Positions 50,479 through 64,000 of a stretch of 64,000 bases of DNA are shown piece after piece (position 1 is the stretch's first letter; the number at the start of each line of letters is the position of its first letter). Source of the DNA: Ruditapes philippinarum (taxonomy: Eukaryota); contig NW_026853736.1 of the NCBI RefSeq assembly GCF_026571515.1, positions 1 to 64,000 on the forward strand, written 5' to 3'. Below the pieces are notes generated by a model. That model ran no database searches and had not been told where the DNA came from. It saw only the letters and a program-made list of their open reading frames with translations. The translations under genes and the position numbers were made by a program.

Positions 50479-53400
50479 TATTTCTTCAGTTGAAAATGAC
50501 TAAACTTATATCAGATATGTACAGTATGTAACAAAGACATAATTAACAATGTACATTGAATAGTTAAGAAAATGGGTAAAAAAACCTATTCAAGAATTTT
50601 TATCATGGGTTTTGGGAAATTTTTTCCTTTTTACTTGGAATTTTTGGACCTGTTTTTCAAAAAATAACCGAAAAATTTTTTAAAAAGGGCATCACTTCCG
50701 TTTTTTTGGGGAAAAACCAAACTTTTTGAAAGCAAAAAGTAAAACTTTTAAAAATTTTTCCAAAGGAGAATTTCTTTTTATATTTAAAAAGGAATGTAAA
50801 ATAAAGACATCAAAATTTTAAAATTTTTTTCAATATTCTTTTCCAAACAAAACACAAATATTAAATTTTTCCCCCCAACGGGGGGTAAGATCCATTTGAT
50901 AAAATTTTTGGAAAATTTTCGAAAAATAAGGCGTTAAAAGAGCGGGTTCGCTTTTTTTTTCCTGACACCCGAAAAATTTTTTATTATCGGTGATGCAAAT
51001 GAAACCGATTCCCCTTTGGTTTGAAACCCCCATTAAAGTCTTTTTCCTAAAACCCGTTTTGTTTGTATGATTTGAAGTTTAGCAAGGGGAATCTAGTTAA
51101 CGGACGCTTGGAGGGCTATCACTGTCCCTTTCTTTTGTTAATTAAGCGCTTGTTGTTTTTGGAAACCTGAAAAAAGACCACGTATTGGTGGGAAATTTGG
51201 GTCAAACAAATTTGCAAGATTTATTTGCATGAAAAAAAAAATTTATTTATCTTGTATTGGAAATGAATTTTTAAAATCAACGAAACACTCGTGTAAAAAC
51301 AAGGGAACATGAAAATGTCTGCCATCACATGGTAAAAAATTTTCCATTTAAGTTTTTTTTTAAAAAGAAAAACAAAAAGGGAAAAATTTATTTTTAGTCG
51401 TCGTTATTAAAATTTTACTTAATGTTGCTTCATATTTAAAACCCGAAAGAATATTTTCTCATAAAAATTTTTGAAAAAAAACCCCCAACTTTTTTTAAAA
51501 ATTTTTTTAGAAAGAGAAACCTGGACGGGGTTAAAAAATTTTAACCCCTTTCAAAAAAATTTTGGTTCTTGGGATAAAAGGGTTTTAATCCCCCGGGTTT
51601 TCGCAAGGAAAAATTGCACTTTCCTTTACCGTAAACCCCAAAACCCGGGGTCCCCAAAAAACTACTAAAAAAATTAAAACCCCAGGGGCCCCCAAAAAAC
51701 AATTTTTTTCCCGAAAGAAAAACAAAAACCCTTACCTTTCCCGGAAAAAAAAACTTTTATAATATCAACATTTTAAAAGTCCAAATTATTGGCAAAGGAA
51801 ACTTTTTAAACAAAAAAATATAATTTGCCCCCAAATAAAAACCCCAATTTCAACAGAAAGGCTTTAAAAAAGGGAAAAATTTTTTAAACAGCAAAAAAGG
51901 GGAACCCCCCCAAAAAAAAAAGGGGGGCCCCCCCAAATAACAACTTTTGGTTTAAATTCCAAAAACAATTACTAAATTTTTTATTTAAAAGGGCAAACCT
52001 TTATTTTCCCGGAACCCCCAAAATTTAAAATTTTTAAAAAAATAACCAGGTTTAAATTAAAAAACAATTTCCCAAAAAAGCAAAAAAACAAACCCCATTC
52101 TAATACCCCAAAGGGATAAAAAAAAATTTTTAAAAAAAATTATCAAATAAACAATTTCCTTAATTCCCCCCCCAGCTTTTAAACCCCTAAACAAACCCCC
52201 CCAGGCCCAAACCCCCAAAAAAAACATTTAAAAAAGCAAACCAAAAAACCAAACTTTAAAAAAAAGCAAAAAAATTAAATTCAAAAAAATTCAACCAAAA
52301 AAACTTTAAAAAAAGCAACACAAAACCCATAAAACAAACTAAAAAATTAATTTTAAAACATTTACCAAATAAAACATTTTTTTAAAAAAAACTAACATTT
52401 GAACCAAACCTTAAAACCCTTTTTAAAAAAATAAAGTCAAAAAACCAAAAACGGCTTAAAACAAAACTTTTACAGTAAAAAATAAAAAAAATTTCCCCTT
52501 TTCCCAAAAAAATTCAAAACAAAAAAAATTTAAATTTAAAAACATAAAAAACCTAAAAAGCAAAATATCTCCAAAAAAATTTCCCGTAAAACAAAGAACA
52601 AAGTTAATTTTAAATTTTTAAACTTTGGTATAGAACCTTTTAAAATTTTCCATTTGATTTTCCTTCCCTTCCCTTTAACAAATTAAGGTATTATTTCTTT
52701 CCTACTTTGGGTCCTGGGAAAAAATTTAAAAAAGATTAAGAAATTTAAAATAAATAAAAGTACCAAAATTATTTTGGGGAAAAGGAGAAACTTATTTTTG
52801 TCGCTCCCGAAAAAGCCTTCTTTTTCCCCCGTTTTCCCTTTTAATTTTCAGGGGATTTCCCAACAACCCCCAATTTGTAAATATAATTTCGAAATTTCGG
52901 TGTAGATTGGCATTTTCCTGTTAATTTGAAACATAAAAAACACATTTTTAAGTTTTTTAATTAATTAATGTATATTGAAAAAACTTTTTAAATTGGGGAA
53001 AAAATGTTTCACAAAATTTAAGGGCAAATTTTTAAAAAATTTACCAAACCCAGTTGTGTGGGGCCTTTTCTTTGAAAACAACCATTTTTTGGGCCCGTTA
53101 CTTTTTTTTATGGTCCCCCCCCCCTTTGTTGGATGTTTTTTCGTTACCCGAAAAATAAATTTTGTGGGAAATTTAAATAATAAGGGGGGGGGGTTTATTA
53201 TAAAAACGGGGCAGGAAAGGGGCTGATATACTATTTGGTATGTTAATTATTTCCTTTTTCTTTGACAGATTATCTTAAATGAACCTACATATCAGTGCGC
53301 TTTTTATGAAATCAATTAGACGGAAAACTATTTATTTAATGGAAAACAAAACAATAAGGTGTGGTGATTAAAAGTACCTATTTATAAATCTTAAGCTTAA

Positions 53401-56400
53401 TCATTAATTGTGAATGTCTTTAGCTTTTTATGAACGACACATTTAACCTCAGCCATCAAGGTACTGCGTTTTCTAATCAAGAAACCTAGGCAATTAGTCC
53501 AATTAGGGTTTGGAACCTACAGTCCATTGCGTTGAGAGGCAGATACCGTAAGCACTTTGTAAAAAAGTTATCTTACACTCTTGTGTGTTCGTACAATACT
53601 ACACATTTACATGATTTGCTTTAGGAATTAAACACTTACTATCCATTTACATGTACATCGAATTCATTTGAAGATCCAAAACCCAGTACGGAAAAGACCT
53701 TGGTCGATTTTTGAACATGCAACGTTCTAAACACCCCCTTTGGCCAATTTGGGTTCCCCTCTAAATTGGAAAAAAACCATTGATTGGACAGGTTTAAAAA
53801 TTTTTGGAAGGAGGCATTTAATTTTGAAAATTTTAATAAATTGTATAGACCGAAATGTGTTTTGTTTTTGTTTTTTTTTCGGGCCCTTTTTTCTCTAAGT
53901 TTCACGGGTTAACAAAATTTTTAATTTTTTGGGGTTGTTTCCTTTTTAAAGTTAGGCTTTCACCAGGCAAAGATTTGTAGAAAAAGCCCATTTTGGGTAA
54001 ATATAGGAACCCGGGTCTACCAACTTTTTTTAAAATTGAATTTGGGTTCGTTCTAGAAGGTGTCCCCAATATTTTTTAAATTGTTTTTTTTTTCAGGAGT
54101 ATATTTATGTAAATAAAAAAAGGGGAATTACAAGCAAAGTGTTTAAATTAAAAGAAAATAAGGACATTTTTAAAGGGGGGACTACATTTTTGCCAAAAGA
54201 GAAGATAGGAATTGTTTAAAATGAAATTTATTGACGCCCTTTTTTAAATAACCTTTAAAATGAGGAAAATTTTTATAAACCCTTGAACGTTTTGGGTAGG
54301 GGGATATTTTTTTAATAAATTTTAAATTATTGTTTTTTTGATTTTTCTTAACTTAAAAACCCCGGGGAAAAAAAATGTCATTTTCCGCCCTTTTTATTTT
54401 CCAATGTTTATTTTTTATTTAATTAAAAGGTGTTTTTATAAAAAACCGTTATTATAAAGCTTTCTACCCCGGTCGGGCCTTAAGGGGAAAACATTAGAAA
54501 CCGGGAAAATTGTTTTGAGTTTCAGGTATTAAATAAGGGACCCCTTTAAATTTATAATTATTATATTTTAAAAAAATTTTACTTTCGTAAAAGTAAGGAA
54601 AGAAATTATTTTTAAAGCCTGTAACCGGGATTTGGTATTTTTTCAGGGTGAAACGAAAAGGGGAAAAAAAGAAAAAATTAAATATTAAAGAAATTTTACG
54701 GAGGGAGGCCTAAGGGGCCTTGGGGTTTTTATATGTTAAAAAAAGGGGAATAATAATTTGGGTTTTAAATTTTTTTGGAAAGGAAATACTGTTTAAATGT
54801 GGGGCATAAAAAAAAGGGAAACAGGTCCCCGTTTTGGTTTTTTCACGAATCGTTTTTTTGGGGGGGCCCGGTAAAAACCCTTTTGAAAAAAAACTCTTTT
54901 TTCGAAAAATTTTAAATCTGTTTTTTTTTTAAAAATGTAAAATAAAAAAATTTAAAAAATTACCAAGATTTTTTTTTTTATTTTTCTTTGTAGATTAATC
55001 TTCATAAAATTAAAGGGATCCCCTTTAATGGGTGGGCTTTTAAAATTCCTTATTAGTTTCCAAAATAATTTTAAAGTTTTACCAGGGAAAATAAAGGCGG
55101 AAAGCAGGAAAATTTTAATATATTTTATTTTAAACCCCGGGGTTTGTTAATTTCCGAAAAAAAGCATTATTTTTAAAAGGTTTTTGTTCCAAAAAACAAG
55201 AATTTTTAGGAAAAAGGGGAAACCGCCCTAAAATTTAGTTTAAATTTTTTTCAGAAGTTTGAAAAGATTCTTCCCCATAGAAAAAGGTCAGTGGGAAAAA
55301 ATTAAGTAATAAAATAGTTATTAGCGGGCCCAGCTTTTTTATTAATGTAAGGGGTTATGTAAAAAACGAAATAAAAAAAAATTTTGGGCGTTTTTCTCCG
55401 GGTATTTTATTTTAAAAAAGGGGGGCCCTAAAACAAAATTCCCCGGAAATTTAAAATAATCACATTTTCAATCTTTTTTCAACTTTGAGCAGAAAAAAAT
55501 TTGGGTTTAAAGATTGGGGCGGTTATACATCAAAGGGCGCGTGAATCTCTCGAGAGGAAAATCCAAGCGTCTCCGCGACTTAATTGATTTATATTCATTA
55601 AACAAAACTTGTTCGATTCCAGAAGATTCTCGGTGTCTAAATGAATCATGTTTTTGAAAATAGAGTAGCTACAGAAGGTTGTCAATAAGCAAATATTGTA
55701 GCTAAATCATCATATTTTGAGGACGAAAATTTACAAACGCACGGTTCCTCGGACGGTCAAATTAAAATTTTTTGCAAAAATCTGATGAACGAAGATTTTT
55801 TTTTTAAAGATATCAAAACATCATATCATATTAGCGAAATAAAAAATTTAGGAAGAAACTATATTTATTTTTGTTGATAATGCGATGTCTATAATAATGT
55901 TAGTGTGTCTGAGTTAAACTCCAAGAGGAATTATAAAATTATGATTAAAGTAAGATTAAAAAAATGTATTAAATCGCATGATGCTGAAAAAAATATATAT
56001 TGTTCACATGACAATTTTAATTATAAATCTTCTTAATGGCGATTTTTTTTCAACTTAAATCATAGCCAAAGTTGTTTATATATTTGTCTTTTTTTGTATT
56101 CGGAAAAGCATGATGTAAAAAAACCTAGACACAAGACAAATTCATAAAAAAGAAGAAAAGATATAAAGTGAAGTGGTTTATTTCCGGCCGGGTCGAAAAC
56201 AGCTCCTTATAGTGATGACCTATTGACGAATTTTAAATTTTACAGCAGCGAGCTGACTGACTTAAAACAATATTTTAAATTTACAATATACAAAAATGCA
56301 ATATAAAAAAGAAATTATGGCATGAACAGCAATGTGAAATCTTTCTTATGAATCATTAGGCTTACGCTGAATCCTCAGATTTCTTAGTCCTTAAATTAAA

Positions 56401-59005
56401 GCTTCTTTCCTGGTCAGTGTAAATACATTAATAAGTTCATCTGCATGTTTTCATTGTAATGATCAAACACGTGTTCTACAGATAAAAGTTAATTGAGAAA
56501 AGCGTAGATCTATATGACATGACTACTTACAAAAACCGTTAATTTCATTGTTTACCTTGTTTTACATATTTAAAGGTTTGTTAAAATCACACTATGACAT
56601 GTCATTCCCTATCTTTATCAAAAATATGACTCATTTTTAAAAGTTTATTTTCGGATGATGATGTAAAACATGAAAGATGAAATAACGTGGCATGCGAAAC
56701 TGAAAGTCAGATATTAAATGTCAATTGGTTTGAAAGTTAGGGTTATTGGTACCTGGCAGATTTCCATAAAAGTTCTGAAAATTCTCAAAAATTTGAAGAT
56801 TTCTCCAAACCAGTCCAACTGTTAGGCTGTTTCTGAGAAAATGTGATTTTAAATTAAATGTTTAATTCTTCAATGTTTTTACAGCAACAGCGGTTACACT
56901 CCACAACCCTGTCTAGAAAATCAGAAACATATTTATAGCCAATGACAATCTGGGATATGTACTTAAAAGCAACCTTTTGTGTAAAACTTATAGTTTAATA
57001 TGGATAGAATTTATAAATGATCTTTCGTTTGACGACGTGCCCTTTAATTTTAATGTGAAAAGGAACAAGTCTGGTTTTCCTGAAAATTACAAAAAAAATG
57101 GTTCTAACTTTTTTTAAGTGCTTTACATGAAGGGGGCCCTAGTTTTTTTTAAACTTTTTAAAGTCAGTTTTTTCCATTTTATCTAAATAATATTGTGTAA
57201 CATTAATATTTAAAGTTTTCAAAATTTTCACCTATCAGTTCCCATTTAAATTGGGCTTTTTAATTTTTTAAATTTACATGGATATTTTTAAACCCTTTAA
57301 ATTTTACACAAAAAATTAAACCTTTTTTTATGAAAATTATTGGCTTTATAAGTGTAAAGAAGATAAAAGATTCTTTATAAAAGGGGTTAAAATTTTTTTT
57401 TTTAAGCCAAATGGTTTTATCGGACAGATTTTTTCCATGAAAAAAACCGCCAAAAAATTTCAAGAGGGGGTCTTTAATTTTATTAGTATTATAAGAGGAA
57501 ATTTTTAAAACTCAAATGAAACTCCACCCTTTGGGCAAATTAGCTTGTTAATTCCTAGGTTATTTTTTCGGAAATTTGTAAATTTTTTAATTTTTAATTG
57601 TAAAAAGGGAAGCATAAAGGGAAGGAAATGCCTTTTTTTTATAAGGTTTATGGGAAAAAGAAAATAAACAAAAACAAAAATTTTAAAACCTCTTTTATAT
57701 AAATCGTTTCAGAATACGTAAAAAAGGGTTTTAATTTTTTTTATTTTAAAATTTTTCCCGTTACAAAAGAAAGAGTCTTTTTTTTAAAATTTTAGTTTTT
57801 GTTAAACAGAAACGTATAATTTTGTCCAGAAATAATTTTTTAACCCCTTTTAGTTAAATTTGCTTTTTTGTCTTTTTTTAAATTTTTTATGTAAAGTTAA
57901 TATATAATTTTTACTTTAGGGGTTAGTAAAAGGGGGGTCAAAAATTCAAAACGCCAACTTATTTTCCCCCGTGATGGTAAAAAAAGTTATTAAGTGCTCT
58001 TTTAAAGGATTTTGGGGCCCCGGGTGAAACAAAAACCACTTGTAAAAATCGAAAAATATCTCTGAAAAAACATTTTACAATTTTATTTTTATAGTTTTAT
58101 ACTGTTTTTTAGAAAACCATGACTTTTATTGTTGTTTTTCCCAATGAAAAACCCATGTTAAAAACATACCCTTTTTTAAAATTTTGGATAAAATTAAATG
58201 TTTTTAACAAAATTTGAGTTTTCCCTTTAAAATCCCTGAAACTGAAATTCCCGCAAAAAAACAGAAAACAAATAAATCCAGTCCCATGCTTTATTTTTAA
58301 ATGATATGTATTCCTCGAAAAGAAATGCACGTTTTTTTGCAAGGGCGTTATAGCAATAGTTTTTTTACTTTAAAATTTTAAAGACGTTCATGTGTTTTGA
58401 AAAGTAGAGCACGTTTCACTTAGTTTTTGTTAATTTTTTACATGCGGTGATTATTAACGCTCCCGCTTTTAAACAAAATATATGTATTTATTTAGTAGCT
58501 GCCCACCACCGCCCCTTGTGTGAATCATTCCTCGGGGTTTCCCCAAAATGGATAGCCGGTAAATTTACTACAAAAAAAATTTAATGCCCAAAAATCCCCT
58601 AGATAAATGAACTGAATTTTTAACAGAACTCTGCTCTGGGTAATCACGTCATTTTCATTGGTTTTTTTTTATTTATAACATTTTTTCTGAGTAATTTTCT
58701 GTTTTGTAAAATTTAAAAAAAATTCCTGGTAAAAAAACTTCCAGACAAAAAAGTGCAATTTTTTCTAAAAATTAAAAGGGTGGAAATTTTTTCAAAATTT
58801 TCCCTTTGAAGCGCTATACTAGCGCGAGGATTGTTTAATTGCTATTCGATTTCGGTTATTTTTTACGAAGATCAGTACAAATATTCTAATTCCGTTAAAA
58901 AATATGTGAAAGCGTTAAAAGTGTCAAGTATGATTATTTCCATGCATTTGCCTTTTTAAAAACAAAATTTTTAAAGCGTCTCGTCTCTAGATAAGTAAAC
59001 ATATT

Positions 59006-59250
59006 TGAGCCGAGTCATGACAAAACCAACATAGTGTTAGCTGGTTTGCGACCAGCATGGATCCAGACCAGCCTGCACATCTGCGCAGTCTGATCAGGAT
59101 CCATGCTGTTCGCTATCAGTTTCTCTACTTGTAATAGGGTTTGTAAGCGAACAGCATGGATCCTGATCAGATTGCGCGGATGTGCAGGCTGGTCTGGATC
59201 CATGCTGGCCGCAAACTCATTATATTGGTTTTTGTCCATGACGCGGCTCA
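59006..59250. mobile_element. Palindromic MITE, same family as 46161-46399
   Basis: TGAGCCGAGTCATGACAAAACCAAC ... TTTGTCCATGACGCGGCTCA. Confidence 0.9.
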
Positions 59251-59799
59251 TTTTCAAATATTCATCTAAAACAAACATTAATATATATTCACTTTGATAG
59301 TTAAAACAGTATTCATATAAATATAGCAAGTGACACTTTGCATGCATTATTCAAATGTAACATAAATTACTTTTTAATAACGAAATGTGTACCCCGTTAC
59401 AAATGAAGTAATGATATTCTGCATATGTTATAATATGTAGTTCGTTTGATCAATTTATTTGCACAATTGACAACGCACAGTCTTAAAAATAAAAATTCTT
59501 AAAATTAACAGGAATCTGGGAGTTCAAAGCATCTAGCTGTAAAAGAACAAGATAGAACTATATAATTCACTGTAATTTATCAAAATATAGTTTCACTCTC
59601 TACAATAAATGAAGGACTTTTGTTTGAGTGAAAAATGGAAAATCACCAAGAAAAGACAAAAAATTATTTTAAAAGGTTTAAAAATTTGGGTGGGAAAATT
59701 TTTTTATTTGTTCGAATTTTTTTAATTTTTTTTGGAAAGGGTTTTTTCACACATGCCCAAAATTTGTCTTTTTTTTGTATTTTCATTAGTAAAGTATAT

Positions 59800-60049
59800 A
59801 AACCGCGCCTAACAAAAAACCAAAAATAAAAGAGTTTTACCACCCGCCTGGATCCCCGACCCGCCTGCGCATCCGCGCAGGGCTATCAGGGTCCATTTTC
59901 CCGTTCGCTTACCAAAACCCCATAAAAAAGTAGAGAAACGGAAAGTGAAAAGCATGGATCCTGATTTAGACTGTGCGATGCGAGGCTGGTCTGGATCCAA
60001 GCTGGTCGCAAACCCCCTTATGTTGGGTTTTTTTCATGAAAGGGGCTCA
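59800..60049. mobile_element. Third, garbled copy of the palindromic MITE
   Basis: Retains GCCTGCGCATCCGCGCAG, AGCATGGATCCTGAT, GGCTGGTCTGGATCCA, GGCTCA. Confidence 0.8.
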
Positions 60050-61330
60050 ATTTTGACTAATTTTTTCATTAAAAACGAAAATTTCAACGAAAAAAGGATT
60101 TGGGGGTACATGTATAAGATGGAATGCACTAAAATGGAAATGAGTCTAAATTTCTTACCAAAAAAAATACAAGGGCCCATTTCTTCTTTTTGTTTCAAAC
60201 CCTTATACCATTTCCAAACAAGAGAGAAAATAAAATTTTTTTTCCTTTCCAAAAAAATTTTAAAAATTTAATAATTTTTACATTTCCCCCTGCCTCTACG
60301 GAGGAAACCCCTGTTTTAAAGGATAAAAAAACAGTGTGGTATTTTATGCCCTAGTGTACTTTTTTTTTCCCTACAGTTAATTTGAAGAGCACGACTTAAA
60401 AGATCCGTATCTATGTAATACAATGTGCTTCCATATCATGAAAACTATCAATCAAACGAAAACTTATGGATTCACCAGAGATTAATGATCAGTCATAAAT
60501 AAGAAGAAAAATAAACTACATGTCTTCGTATGCATTCATGCAATATAAATTCCAACTAAACTAAATTGTTAAGCGTAACCGGTACTGTAAGATATTCTTT
60601 CCGGATAATCAGGCTCAGTTGAAATAGTAAAATGTAATTTTTGTATACTTTAAAACTCGATAATAATGTTAATATTGAGAGAATGAAAAATAATATGGAA
60701 GAATTAAAACAAAACCTTTTATTTGATAAAATATATAATTTAGACAATGGAAGTCTTGAGCAACTCTATTCCAGTCCCTGGTTCATAATATGCTAAAAGA
60801 TTGTACCAAATTTTATAACCATAATGAATTAATTAAATAGACAAGACAAATTACTGAAAATGCCGGAAGTTTAACCAGTTCAACTGTACTTTAATTTCTG
60901 TCTATGAGCCTATTACAAAAAGCACCTTGTCACTGTCAGGGCATTATATGTTTGTCTCATTTGAACCGGATGTGACCATAGCTAGGTTAATAAACATCAT
61001 TCATTTTAAATCACCGAGGATGTAATATAAGATAGTTTCGCAATGTTCACTGTTCGCATTATTCGGTATTATATCAGTACAGGATGCAATCCCTTGATTT
61101 TATGGTCAATAAAAATTCTATTAGAATCAATGTGAGAATCGGATTCCCTTGTTTATTGTATGCGTCAACAATTGTTACGTACAATGCGAGAGTTTTCACA
61201 TCAGTTAGCAAGTACATGTAGCTGTCAAAACGAAGAAAATCTTAGGTTCCTTGTATGTTTGGAAAATATAAAAAATATATCTGAAAGTAAATGACTGTAC
61301 ATTCATTGCTTTAGTCAATCATTACTTCAT

Positions 61331-61626
61331 TCCTGAGGTCCAACAGCCTAAAAAACCGATTTTCAAATGCGATCGGCTGGCAGAAAGATATGTCTTCAAT
61401 AATTAAGAAATATACTAAGAAATAAATTGAAAAAATTTGCGCTATTCTTGCTTCATTTTTGGGTGAACATATCGGTCATTTTTCACAATTAGTATAATTA
61501 TTCTGGATAAGGAGTGAGCGAATGTTCCGAAATTTGCACACATCAAGTTATTATCAAATAAAACATTAATAATCTGGATCAATTATTGTGTGTCCCGTCA
61601 TGTCAAGAAAACCTCAGTGGTTCCCT
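61331..61626. mobile_element. Partial relative of the TTAA MITE at 17047-17349
   Basis: Right end TCATGTCAAGAAAACCTCAGTGGTTCCCT|TTAA and internal GAAATTTGCACA match; left TIR eroded. Confidence 0.6.
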
Positions 61627-62785
61627 TTAATCCAAATGTATATAGTGAGTGAACAAATGAAAGTCAAAATGATTTTTCATTTTGCCAGAATTCCTTTCAA
61701 TTTTATAATTTACTTCGCATAAAAGATAAATAACTCATATGGCCCAAAGGGATTTCTGTAAATGTTCATCGGAATTACCTGGTACGTTCAATTAATTAAG
61801 AGTGGGACAGCTTTTTAATATTTTAGGCAGTTGTATTTTTTTATCATAAACATTGTCAGACAATCACCATTATTATTGGCATTAAATCTTTTTAATATAT
61901 AGTCAATTCAGCTTAAAACTGGACCACAATGTCACTTTTCTGGCGATTTGATTTTCTCGACTTCATCTAAGTTTTAAAGTGACATTCTGCTCATTCTTTT
62001 ATTGTATAGTTAGGCTGAATAAGTGTTATATTTCAAAACAATGCCTATTATAATGCTGATTGGACAATGATTGATAATGACCAATGATTAGGATACAGGA
62101 AAGACTGCCCCATTATTTTTATCAAGTGAACATTACAGGTAAACAACAAGTTAAACGTTGATGCTGCAGATCAAAGACGCCACCAAATGATGCGAACAGT
62201 CACACGTAATCTTGGTAATTGTTGATGAATATCCGAAGCACTGACCAATTTTTCTTGGTATGTGACCGTTGTTTAATAAGTTGCATATTTTTGTGAAAAA
62301 GTAGAACCTAATGCATAAATTCACAAAGTAATGTCATGTCTGAATTTAATTCTGATATGTTTGTCTGTTGCGAAAAAGATTGAAAGATCTGGTAGAAGCA
62401 AAATAAATCGGTTAACAAGTAAAAATGAAATGATTGGTATACTTTAAATAAATTCAAGACAAAGACAGATGTAAAGAAAATATCTCTGTTGAGCCGAGAC
62501 TATGTCCATTTTGCCGGCATATTTAATCCTCTTCAAAACATTTTAAAAAATCCTATAGAATTTTAAAACAAATTTCCATAATGATATTATATTCAATATA
62601 TAGAATAAATTTTAGTTTTATGATCATTTATTATGCTCTGAGAGTCCTAATAGTCAATTTCGTAGGCATGTTTAACCTTCCGATCATTAAAGGCACATTA
62701 TGCTTCAGAAGCAGTTAAATTTTTACTTCTTTAGAGAAGGCAAACTTAAATCATGGTTTAAGAATGTGTCAAATGCTTGTTACCT

Positions 62786-63374
62786 GAGTAAAGTAGCATC
62801 AAAAGCCCCCCCCCCCCCCCCAATGTAATTTACACATAGGACAAAAGCCCCCCCCCCGCCTAAAAAAGTAAAGGTAGGACAAAAGCCCCCCCCCCCCATT
62901 TTCAATCAAATTTACATATAGTGTATTAAAGTTGTGTTTTTATGTGTTTAAAAGATATGTATGGACATCACATGTAGGTGACATAGTGCTAAGGATATTA
63001 ATTTGATCCCAAGTGATTGAACATTACTACTCTTCTGACCCTTGTTGTGTATATAAAAATCTATGAATTCAGTTTCGCATGCATGCATTATTTCATCTGT
63101 TATCATATACTTTGATATCACTTCAATATATACATTTTAAATAAACATCAAAACAAATTCTTTTCTTTTTCATTTAAAAGTTTGTGTTAAATTTGATGTA
63201 TTTGAGCACCTGTGCGTGTGAAAAAAGATGGGGGAGGGCTTTTGTCCTACCTGTATTTTTGATTGGGGGGGGGGGGCTTTTGTCCTATGTGTAAATTTCA
63301 TGGGGGGGCTTTTGTCCACCTTGTCATTTTTAGAAGGGGGGGCTTTTGTCCGGGGGGGCTTTTGTCCTACACTC
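62786..63374. mobile_element. Foldback MITE with repeated GGACAAAAGCCCCCC subterminal motifs (GAG..CTC ends, Sola-like)
   Basis: Three motif copies on the left are inverted relative to five on the right; no clear TSD. Confidence 0.65.
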
Positions 63375-63518
63375 AAATATTTACAGTAACATTTCTACAT
63401 TTCTTCATCATTACAGAAGCTAGCTAAGTGTACGTCAGATAGAGTCTAAACAATTTTTTATACAAGAGTAACTGAAGACATTTTGACATTTATTTATTTA
63501 TTTTTCCATGACTTTTAG

Positions 63519-64000
63519 ACATTGAAAAAACCATAGTTATTGAACGTCTAACAAAACAACTTGGTGAGCAGGAGAAAAAGATACAAGTCATGGAACTCAC
63601 AATTGAAAACCTCAGGCAAAACTTGGTCAAACTTTCTAATCCACAACAAGAAAATATGATAAGTGTTCCAAAGATTGATCATAATCTAGATAAATTGTCA
63701 GAGGAAAGCAATCTACTACAATTTTCAAGTAATGATCCAGACAAGGTGGTGTTACAAGCTAGCACAACTATATTTGATACAATGTTCAATAAAGCAAATG
63801 AATCAGAGGTTTATGTCAATAAAACAAAGCCAAAGAATGTGTCATCACAAGCCAATGGTTCTGAATTAAGTAAGCCAGTGGTTAGAAATGCACAATTGTT
63901 ATTAAAAGGAACAGCGAATAATAAGGAAAGCGAAAAAGAACAACTCACACGGAGAAAGAAACGCTTTGTACCAAACATAGCAGGCCCAGTAGCTTTTCAC
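63519..64000 (+). CDS. Fifth C1q-family gene, exon 2, truncated by the window end
   Basis: Acceptor TTTTAG|AC, then open frame IEKTIVIERLTKQLGEQEKKIQVMELTIENL...LTRRKKRFVPNIAGPVAFH, homologous to the other copies. Exon 1 was not found. Confidence 0.85.

Larger units (their letters stand above)
50575..60370. other. Patches of low-quality consensus sequence (about 50575-53230, 53700-55530, 57050-58810, 59620-60370)
   Basis: Abrupt excess of runs of all four bases; the MITE copy at ~59800 is smeared relative to the clean copies. Confidence 0.8.

Noticed and set aside
50830-60252. K/F/G/P-rich ORFs
   Set aside because: Products of homopolymer-smeared, probably erroneous sequence.
62085-62425. 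Short ATG-to-GT candidates for exon 1 of the plus-strand C1q gene
   Set aside because: Phase-compatible, but no similarity to the paralogous signal-peptide exons.

Overview
AT-rich, intron-containing eukaryotic DNA. The gene and repeat families point to a bivalve mollusc (inference). The window is an innate-immunity/extracellular gene cluster built by local duplication. It holds three intact two-exon C1q-domain genes on the minus strand (signal peptide, coiled coil, gC1q), one C1q pseudogene truncated by a deletion, and a fifth C1q gene on the plus strand running off the right end (missed by the ORF track). There is also a tandem pair of intronless B-box/coiled-coil/NHL-like TRIM-type genes (one intact, one with two lesions) and the last six exons of a thrombospondin type-1 repeat gene. 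Intergenic DNA is dense in transposons: a four-level nest (L1/Tx1-type LINE > TIR element > CMC/EnSpm-like element > mariner plus a satellite-carrying Helentron-like element), SINEs, MITEs, a solo LTR and satellites. The most interesting signal is a ~385-bp non-coding GC-rich element at 19716-20100. Its 5' end fits the HDV/CPEB3-like ribozyme double-pseudoknot fold and its 3' end carries an (AAC)n tail, making it a candidate ribozyme-headed non-autonomous retroelement. A second unexplained, strongly folding GC island lies at 37346-37515. Parts of 50.6-60.4 kb look like low-quality consensus sequence (homopolymer smearing) and cannot be read reliably.
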